A stretch of DNA of 64,000 bases from IMG/VR virus record IMGVR_UViG_3300020034_000005, positions 26,319 through 90,318 of that record. One strand, written 5' to 3'. Of the stretch, positions 57,360-64,000 are shown piece after piece. The stretch is from a virus. Within the stretch, counting starts at the first letter, position 1. Every line of letters starts with the position of its first letter. The position numbers and the translations under genes are program-made. The notes under the pieces are model-generated. The model worked only from the letters and a program-made list of their open reading frames with translations, had not been told where the DNA came from and did not search any database.

Positions 57360-57952
57360 CCGCCGCTGACATCATCACCGCCTGGGATCAGGCAGCCCCG
57401 GACGCGATCCACCCGACACGCCGGATATCCGAGGACGCCTACTGGCAGTCCGGTGAAGCCCAGGCCAGCATGCTCGCCACCGTCATCCCCGACGGGGCGA
57501 AGGTCCTCGACTTCGGTTGTGGTGACGGCCGGGTCGCCATCCCCATGGCCGCCCTCGGCTACGAGGTCACCGCCGCCGATTCGTCGCAGCGCATGCTCGA
57601 CCGGCTCACCGAACGCGCACCCGACGTCACCACCGTGCACGCCGCAGCAGACGGGCTCGCCGGACACCTCGGCCGCCGGAAGATGGACGCCGTGTACTGC
57701 CTGGCCGTCCTCATCCACCACAGCTACGCGGACTGCCTCGACGTCATCGGCCGGCTGCGGGCGGCGACGAAGCTCGGCGGGATCCTCGTCCTCGACTGGC
57801 CCGTCTCCGACCGGCCCGAGGAGGGAACTGTCTGGTTGGACGTCACCACCTGGTCGGCGCAGCAGCAGGCCGACGCCTGCGCGCGGATCGGGCTGGAGCC
57901 CATCGACAACGGCCTGCCGTGGGGCGTCTACCGGGCCGTGAAGGCGGGCTGA
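57356..57952 (+). CDS. Class I SAM methyltransferase
   Basis: VLDFGCGDGR, D.S..ML, VLIH. Confidence 0.88.
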   Translation: MTAADIITAWDQAAPDAIHPTRRISEDAYWQSGEAQASMLATVIPDGAKVLDFGCGDGRVAIPMAALGYEVTAADSSQRMLDRLTERAPDVTTVHAAADGLAGHLGRRKMDAVYCLAVLIHHSYADCLDVIGRLRAATKLGGILVLDWPVSDRPEEGTVWLDVTTWSAQQQADACARIGLEPIDNGLPWGVYRAVKAG

Positions 57953-57960
57953 CGACACGC

Positions 57961-58548
57961 ATGGCCGAATGGAAGCTGTTCGCAGGCAGAGATCCTCACG
58001 TCGCCACCCTCGATTTTCACCACGACCGTGAACGCGCACCCCACCTCGAACAGGCCGACCACCGAGCCCGCTTGAAACGCTGCGCTGGACTGATCCGGAA
58101 GGTCGGGCCCGCCAGCGTTGTCGACCTCGGATGCGGTGACGGCGGCCTCCTCAGCCTCATCAAGGACGTCCCGTCCTGGGGCTACGACTTCCAACCCAGC
58201 AACGAACCAGCCTGGGCCGAGCGAGGCGTCAGCGCCGAGCGCCGCGACGTCTTCAACACCCGCGACGTACCACGCTGGGGCCAACTCGCAGTCCTCACCG
58301 AAGTCCTCGAACACGTCGCCGACCCTCACGACACCGTCGAATGGGTCGCCCGCAACGCGTCCTGGATCGTCGCCTCATCGCCCCGACACGAGACCGCCGA
58401 CTTTCACGGCGACTGCCACGCATGGGCGTGGGACGAAGCCGGCTACCAAGCGCTGATCGAGCCGCATTTCGAGATCACCACTCATATCGGCCTGGACTGG
58501 TCGCAAATCATCGTCGCAAGGAGTCGCCGTCATGGCGCTGTGGGCTGA
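57961..58548 (+). CDS. Class I SAM methyltransferase
   Basis: VVDLGCGDGG, EVLEHV.DP. Confidence 0.85.
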   Translation: MAEWKLFAGRDPHVATLDFHHDRERAPHLEQADHRARLKRCAGLIRKVGPASVVDLGCGDGGLLSLIKDVPSWGYDFQPSNEPAWAERGVSAERRDVFNTRDVPRWGQLAVLTEVLEHVADPHDTVEWVARNASWIVASSPRHETADFHGDCHAWAWDEAGYQALIEPHFEITTHIGLDWSQIIVARSRRHGAVG

Positions 58549-58777
58549 AGACCAGGCTGGTAACTACCTCAACCTCGACCACTTCTTCAAGGTCACCGCG
58601 AACGATGAAGGCGCCGGTACGTTCCGCCTTTACGCGCTCCTCGCCGAGGAGACGACCACGACCTCCGAGGACTACGTCAAGCTCGCCGGAACCTGGTCCT
58701 CGCTGGCCGACGCACGCGAAGCGTTTCGTCGGCTTGCACGCGCCGAGGATCCGTCCACCTACGGCGACCTGGACTAG
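58532..58777 (+). CDS. Hypothetical protein
   Basis: AAGGAG RBS. Confidence 0.55.
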   Translation: MALWAEDQAGNYLNLDHFFKVTANDEGAGTFRLYALLAEETTTTSEDYVKLAGTWSSLADAREAFRRLARAEDPSTYGDLD

Positions 58778-58780
58778 CCA

Positions 58781-59662
58781 GTGCGCGTCCTTCTAACCGG
58801 TGCCTCCGGATTCGTAGGCCGTCACCTGCACCGCGCGCTCCTGGACCGGGGCGATTTGGTCCTCGGGATCGATCTCAACGCCACCCTGCTGGCCCGCAGC
58901 GGTGACGCCCTCGACTTCTTCCGTACCGACGACCGCTCCTGGGACCTCGCCATCCACGCGGCGGCAATCGTCGGCGGGCGGGCCAGCATCGACGGCTCCC
59001 CGCTCGGAGTCGCAACGAACCTGGCGCTCGACAGCTGGTACTTCCGGTGGCTGGTCCGCAACAAGATTCCCCGCGCCGTGTACTTCAGCAGCAGCGCCGC
59101 GTACCCGGTCGACCTGCAGCAGCCGGGCGAGATCCACCGGCTCGTCGAGGACGACATCGACTACGAGCGGCCGGGACGGCCTGACTCGACCTACGGGCTC
59201 GCCAAGCTGGCCGGTGAACAGCTCTGCCAGTACGCCGAAGCTGAGGGCACCCGCATGACGGTCCTGCGCCCGTTCTCCGGGTTTGGAGAGGACCAGGACG
59301 AGGCGTACCCGTTCCCCGCGTTCATCCGGCGCGCGCGCGAGCGGCAGGATCCGTTCGAGGTGTGGGGCGACGGCGGCTCAACGCGGGATTGGATCCACAT
59401 CAGCGACCTCGTCGGCGCGACCCTCGCCGCCGTCGACCAGGACGTGCACGGACCGGTCAACCTCGGGTGGGGCAGAGCCACGAGCTTCGATGAGCTTGCC
59501 CAGTACGTCACCCAGGCCGCCGGGTACAGCCCGGTCATCAAGCACCGGGCGTCGGCGCCACAGGGCGTCCACCACCGGGTGTGCGACCCCAAGCAAATGC
59601 TCGCGTTCTACAACCCGCAGGTGACCTTGGAAGAGGGCATCCGGCGGGCACTCACAGGGTGA
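58781..59662 (+). CDS. NAD-dependent nucleotide-sugar epimerase/dehydratase (extended SDR)
   Basis: TGASGFVG, SSSA.Y, YGLAK, RDWIH..D. Confidence 0.92.
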   Translation: MRVLLTGASGFVGRHLHRALLDRGDLVLGIDLNATLLARSGDALDFFRTDDRSWDLAIHAAAIVGGRASIDGSPLGVATNLALDSWYFRWLVRNKIPRAVYFSSSAAYPVDLQQPGEIHRLVEDDIDYERPGRPDSTYGLAKLAGEQLCQYAEAEGTRMTVLRPFSGFGEDQDEAYPFPAFIRRARERQDPFEVWGDGGSTRDWIHISDLVGATLAAVDQDVHGPVNLGWGRATSFDELAQYVTQAAGYSPVIKHRASAPQGVHHRVCDPKQMLAFYNPQVTLEEGIRRALTG

Positions 59663-59675
59663 TCGGGGAGCCGAC

Positions 59676-59936
59676 GTGACGCGCTCGATCTACCGCTACG
59701 AGATCCCCGTCGACGACCAGTGGCACGCCCTCGACCTCACCGGCGACATCGTCCACGTCGACTCCCGCAGCGTGCACACCGTCGAACTGTGGGCCATCCA
59801 CGGAGACCGGCCACCCACCCGGCGCGGCTTCCGCGTCTACGGCACAGGCCAGCCCATCCCAGGCGACGTCACCCATGTCGGCACCACCATCCCGCCAGGC
59901 GGCCAACCCGTCTGGCACCTCATGGAACTGCCCTAA
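59676..59936 (+). CDS. Conserved phage hypothetical protein
   Basis: IYRYEI...LWA...GTG...VWHL.E. Confidence 0.7.
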   Translation: MTRSIYRYEIPVDDQWHALDLTGDIVHVDSRSVHTVELWAIHGDRPPTRRGFRVYGTGQPIPGDVTHVGTTIPPGGQPVWHLMELP

Positions 59937-59952
59937 TCGGAAGGCCCGCGCC

Positions 59953-60237
59953 ATGGCTGAATCCCCCGTGCCCGACCTGCCCCTCTGGGCGTGGGACCTC
60001 ACCATCGCCATGCTCAACCACGAAGACGAACACGGCGCCGACAAGACCTGCCTCAACGCAGTCGTCAGCGCCATCCCCGTCGACGTCCGCGACCAGGCCG
60101 AAGCCATCCGCGCCTACGTCCAAGCCGCCGCGCAGAGCACGACGAAAGACCACATCGAGTCGACGTGGAGCGCGCTGGCAGACGCCTTCTCCCTGCCCCA
60201 GAGCCCGGACGGGGCCAGCGTAAAGGAGACGCCGTGA
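59953..60237 (+). CDS. Hypothetical protein
   Basis: Operon context. Confidence 0.55.
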   Translation: MAESPVPDLPLWAWDLTIAMLNHEDEHGADKTCLNAVVSAIPVDVRDQAEAIRAYVQAAAQSTTKDHIESTWSALADAFSLPQSPDGASVKETP

Positions 60238-60794
60238 CGGATCTCCACGGCTGGATCACCCAGCAAGTCGACCGCGTTGAAGAGACCGCCCATGCAGTCG
60301 AAGACCACAGCGCCCCATGGGATGGCCAGTGGATGGCGGACGGCAACAGCGCGGTGCGCACCGTCAACGGGCACGTGCTGTTCTACCGGCACGGCCCCGA
60401 CCCGCTGAAGCCCGGTCTCGCCGGCCATGTCGCCCTACACGACCCGGCCGCCGCCCTCCGCCGCTGCGAGGCAGACCGCCGCATCCTCGAACGCCACCAC
60501 CTCGCCACCGAGTGGACTTGGCAACGCGATCCCGCCTGCCACGGCTGCGGTACCCAAGGCGACTGCGACGACCCCGTCACCGACAACCTCAACCAATGCC
60601 CGGAACTCTGGGACCTCGCCCACGCCCACGGGATCACCGACGAGATCCGCGCCGGGCTCGACATGCCAGAGATGCCGCCACGGCCCGAGCCGAAGCCGAT
60701 CGCCTCCCGGTACGCCAACGGCGGCTTCCTCACCCGCCCGATCACCACCAGCGATGTGCCCGAAGCGCTACGCGGGCACCGCTGGAAGCCGTAA
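60234..60794 (+). CDS. DUF6221-like protein
   Basis: H.ALHDPAA.LRRCEADRRIL. Confidence 0.7.
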   Translation: MTDLHGWITQQVDRVEETAHAVEDHSAPWDGQWMADGNSAVRTVNGHVLFYRHGPDPLKPGLAGHVALHDPAAALRRCEADRRILERHHLATEWTWQRDPACHGCGTQGDCDDPVTDNLNQCPELWDLAHAHGITDEIRAGLDMPEMPPRPEPKPIASRYANGGFLTRPITTSDVPEALRGHRWKP

Positions 60795-60818
60795 CCCGAC
60801 TATCAGGAGCCCGCGCCC

Positions 60819-61127
60819 ATGGCTCAGTACCGCAAGAAGCCGATCGATATCGATGCCCACCAGTGGCACCAGAACGGCGACCACCCTGAGGACGGCCCCG
60901 CCGATCGAGAAGGCAGCGTCGTTCGCTACTACCGACACCCCTACGTGCCCGGCACGGCCGTGTGCCCCGGATGCCAGAAGACCGTCCACGAACACGGCTG
61001 GATCGACTCGGGCGACGACGGCCGCACCGTGTGCCCAAACGACTGGGTCATCACAACCGCCCAGGGCGAGCACTACCCCCTGAAACCTGACGTCTTCGCC
61101 GCCATCTTCGAGGCGGTGACCGGCTGA
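60819..61127 (+). CDS. Conserved phage protein
   Basis: YRKKP..I.A.QW...DWVI....GE.YP.KPD.F. Confidence 0.75.
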   Translation: MAQYRKKPIDIDAHQWHQNGDHPEDGPADREGSVVRYYRHPYVPGTAVCPGCQKTVHEHGWIDSGDDGRTVCPNDWVITTAQGEHYPLKPDVFAAIFEAVTG

Positions 61128-61705
61128 TGGCCCGCCTGCAGATCCTCGAACTCCCCGAAGGCAGCAACGACGAACGGCCGCCGTTCGTGCTCGTCGTCGA
61201 CCAGGTGCCCAGCGACGAGGCAGCGTTCGACGCAATCCGCCGCGACTTGCTCGCCGACGGAGACCTTGCCGAACGGGTCGGCGCCCGCGCCGTCCTCGTC
61301 TTCGAAGACACCATCGACATCCCCGCCAACGACCTCACCGGTTATAGCGGCATCCCGGGTGGCGACTACACCGCCTTCACCGCGACCGTGGAACGCGCCC
61401 TCGGCATCGACACCAGCGCATGCGCACCCGACGTCGCAGGGTGGCTCCTCACCGCCTGCCGCGAACTGGAGAAGTCCGAAGCCGCCCGGGAACAGCTCCG
61501 TCAGGAACGTGACGCGCAAACCGCAGCAACGGACCGCGTCCGCAACCTGCATCGACCAGTCGAGCACCGAGACCAGGTCATCTGCTGGGAATGCTCGGCC
61601 TACGACTTCGCACGCCTCACCACCGACAACACGCCCGTCGCCCACGACCAGTGCGGCACGATGCGGGCGCTCAACAGCGACTCCGAACACAGCCCCGAGG
61701 AGTAG
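61127..61705 (+). CDS. Hypothetical protein
   Basis: MARLQILELP...PF.LV.D. Confidence 0.65.
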   Translation: MARLQILELPEGSNDERPPFVLVVDQVPSDEAAFDAIRRDLLADGDLAERVGARAVLVFEDTIDIPANDLTGYSGIPGGDYTAFTATVERALGIDTSACAPDVAGWLLTACRELEKSEAAREQLRQERDAQTAATDRVRNLHRPVEHRDQVICWECSAYDFARLTTDNTPVAHDQCGTMRALNSDSEHSPEE

Positions 61706-61707
61706 CC

Positions 61708-61950
61708 GTGGCCGACCAGCAGATCGGGCAGCTCCTCGACACGCTCGGCGTCACAGCAGACCTCGACGACGGCGACATGGTCACCGACGCCCACGTCACC
61801 CTGAAAGTCATCAAGGCCGACGGCGGGGTCACGCTCATCAAAGCCACATCCGAAGCCCTCGACTGGGTCACCGCCCTCGGCATGCTCACCGCCATCCTGG
61901 AAATCGAGAACGGTGGATACGTCAACAGTCGCGACGAGGAGGACGGATGA
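61708..61950 (+). CDS. Hypothetical protein
   Basis: GAGGAG RBS then GTG. Confidence 0.6.
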   Translation: MADQQIGQLLDTLGVTADLDDGDMVTDAHVTLKVIKADGGVTLIKATSEALDWVTALGMLTAILEIENGGYVNSRDEEDG

Positions 61951-62240
61951 GCGGCAGGTGGGCCGGTTCGGACCGAGTGAAGCGACTACCCCCGGGCTGG
62001 CCAAAGATCCGCGCGAAGATCTTGGAACGCGACCCGATCTGCATGGTCTGCCACGTGAGGCCGTCGGGGTTCTGCGATCACATCGTGGCCATGGCCGATG
62101 ATCACCGACCTGAAGGTCTTCAGGGACTTTGCGGTCCCTGTCATGATCAGAAATCTGCACGCGAAGGTGCAGCCGCAGCCAAAGCGAAAGGCTGGCCGAC
62201 GCGAGCCCGCCCAGGTGAGCGGCACCCCGGACTCCTGTAA
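61947..62240 (+). CDS. Small HNH endonuclease (packaging-associated type)
   Basis: LP..W...R..IL.RD..C..C...DHI...LC..CH..KS. Confidence 0.85.
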   Translation: MSGRWAGSDRVKRLPPGWPKIRAKILERDPICMVCHVRPSGFCDHIVAMADDHRPEGLQGLCGPCHDQKSAREGAAAAKAKGWPTRARPGERHPGLL

Positions 62241-62250
62241 GGCGGTGACC

Positions 62251-62466
62251 ATGCCCCGCTACCTGATCGTCCACAACGAGCGGCGCGGCGCCGACGTCCT
62301 CCTCGAAGACGACGCCCTCACCGTCGAGTTCACCCCCGACTGGGCCATCTTCCGAGATGAAGCCGGTGCCTGCTTCGCCGTACCGCGTGAGCAGATCCGC
62401 AGCGTCATGCGGGTAGACGAACCGACAGAACCCGAAGACCAGGAGCCCGCGCCGCAGAAGGAGTGA
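62251..62466 (+). CDS. Hypothetical protein
   Basis: Operon context. Confidence 0.55.
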   Translation: MPRYLIVHNERRGADVLLEDDALTVEFTPDWAIFRDEAGACFAVPREQIRSVMRVDEPTEPEDQEPAPQKE

Positions 62467-62726
62467 CCGCCATGGCCAACCGAGCCAAGAGCAGCCGGCG
62501 CATCGTCCGCGAAGGCAGGCGGTATTGGAGCGACCAGCCCACGTCCAGGGGCAAGGCGGCCGGCATCGGGTACGGGCTCCGGACCGGATCGTTCACACGC
62601 TGCGTATCCCGCGTGCAGCGCTTCATGGGGCCGCGGGCGAAAGGCTACTGCGCGCTCAGGTTCAAGGAATCGACTGGCGTATGGCCAGGCAGTAAAGCCA
62701 ACCGCAGCCGAACCCGCAAGCGCTGA
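62463..62726 (+). CDS. Basic hypothetical protein
   Basis: YW...G.FTRC...AKGYCA...TG.WPG. Confidence 0.6.
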   Translation: MTAMANRAKSSRRIVREGRRYWSDQPTSRGKAAGIGYGLRTGSFTRCVSRVQRFMGPRAKGYCALRFKESTGVWPGSKANRSRTRKR

Positions 62727-62828
62727 ACCCCGCGACTGTCAGCGGCAGATGGGACAATGAACGAAAGGACTCCGGCGGATGCTTCAACACCCCCGGAGCC
62801 ATGGCCAGCCTGAGCGAACAGGACCGAC

Positions 62829-63677
62829 ATGGCCCAAGCTACACGCCCAGACTTCATCACCTGCGCCCGCTGCGGCACCGACAAGCAGGTTGGACAGCGC
62901 GGTCCCGTCCCGACCTACTGCTCGGGCGCTTGCCGAGCAGCCAGCACCCACGACGCCCGCCTTGAGATCCAGTGCGCCCACTGTGGCAGCGCCGTGAGCG
63001 CGAGACCTGGGACGTCATACTGCTCGCCGCGGTGCAGGAACGCCAGCACCCACGAGCGGGCACGCGCGGACGGCAGGTATGACCAAGCACTCCGCGACAG
63101 GCGAGAAGCGACGCGCGCACGACAGGCGGCCAATGCTCGCCCCTGTCCGTACTGCTCAGCGCCGATGCTGTCTCCCCGCGCGAAGCAGTGCGGTGCGCCG
63201 TGCTGTAAACGGCAGTTCAATGCCGACCGCATGCGCGAATGGAACCGGGCCTACCGCCACGAACACGGCGCCTGGTACGCGGGTCGCAACTACCCCGAGG
63301 GACAGCGCGCCTACGAGAAGCGCCGGCGCCAGGAGAAGGGGCACTGGCGGAGCCTGTATCCGGAGCGCGCCGCAGCCTACGATGCGCGCCGACGTGCGCT
63401 CGTGGAGCAGGCTCGCACCACGGAGACGTTCGCCCCTATCGACGTGCATACGAGGGACGACTGGACCTGCAGGCTGTGCTCGCTGCCCATTGATCCTGCA
63501 GTCGCCTGGCCTGACCCGATGAGTCCGAGCGTTGACCATGTCATCCCCTTGTCGCGAGGTGGCGCACACGCGATGGGCAACGTGCAGAGCGCCCATCTTG
63601 GGTGCAACAGCAGCAAAGGCAACAGACTGTTGAGCGAACTGATTCTTGATCTTCAAGCCAAAGCGCTGAGCAAGTAA
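62829..63677 (+). CDS. HNH endonuclease with N-terminal Zn fingers
   Basis: CxxC...YCSxxC repeats; RD.W.C.LC, VDHVIPLSRGG.H...N...AH..CN..K. Confidence 0.88.
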   Translation: MAQATRPDFITCARCGTDKQVGQRGPVPTYCSGACRAASTHDARLEIQCAHCGSAVSARPGTSYCSPRCRNASTHERARADGRYDQALRDRREATRARQAANARPCPYCSAPMLSPRAKQCGAPCCKRQFNADRMREWNRAYRHEHGAWYAGRNYPEGQRAYEKRRRQEKGHWRSLYPERAAAYDARRRALVEQARTTETFAPIDVHTRDDWTCRLCSLPIDPAVAWPDPMSPSVDHVIPLSRGGAHAMGNVQSAHLGCNSSKGNRLLSELILDLQAKALSK

Positions 63678-63795
63678 CTTGAGGTCGACAGGCTAGGCGT
63701 GCCGCCCCTCACCCCCGAGGGGCAGGGCGTGGCGGCCGGGTAGGGTAGTGGGTCAGGTGCATGGTCATGGTCGTCGATGGTCATCTGCGTTAGGT

Positions 63796-63981
63796 GATCA
63801 ACGTTCGTGATCGTGAAGGAAGATCGAAGATCGATGATGAAGATCGATTCGAGTTGATCGAACAGTGATCGACCGAGCTTACGGATCTTGGGCAGAGATC
63901 AACACGGGAAGATCAACGATCATAAATCGGTGATCCAAACCGCAACTCTCCAGACCTGGGGGGAGATCCCCAAGGGTGATC
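63796..63981. repeat. GATC cluster (14 copies), candidate packaging site
   Basis: GATC at 63796, 63809, 63822, 63829, 63842, 63856, 63867, 63884, 63897, 63911, 63918, 63932, 63965, 63978; non-coding and lower GC. Confidence 0.7.
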
Positions 63982-64000
63982 TTCGGATATCGGACCCGTA

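Larger units (their letters stand above)
1..64000. mobile_element. Temperate actinophage (Streptomyces-type), apparently in attP (excised/extrachromosomal) configuration
   Basis: Integrase-repressor-cro-xis switch, RecET-type recombinase, replication genes, dense short overlapping ORFs, packaging-type HNH; no host housekeeping genes seen. Confidence 0.92.

Noticed and set aside
1-64000. tRNA, reverse transcriptase/DGR/retron, transposase, terminase, capsid, lysin
   Set aside because: No supporting motifs noticed by eye; dedicated tools could still find divergent cases

Overview
High-GC actinobacterial (Streptomyces-like) temperate phage genome segment. From left to right: accessory genes with LexA-box-like sites; an intact attP whose core matches the 3' end of the RNase P RNA gene (rnpB); tyrosine integrase, repressor, Cro-like and Xis-like genes; a long early operon (three DNA methyltransferases, vWA, YqaJ/RecT, replication initiator with internal repeats, DnaB-N/AAA helicase, HIT); a hyaluronan-synthase-like GT2 coupled to a bare LAxTG peptide; an AICE-type conjugation-like block (two Nudix genes, Spd-like membrane proteins, TraB/FtsK, clt-like repeats); a putative late regulator with promoter and terminator; a fibre plus glycosylation/methylation cassette; HNH genes; and a 14x GATC cluster where a packaging site would be expected. 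No terminase, capsid, main tail or lysis genes, tRNA or CRISPR were recognised. The best candidate for an undescribed system is a phage that may also spread by TraB-mediated conjugation. All family calls come from motif recognition by eye, not database searches.
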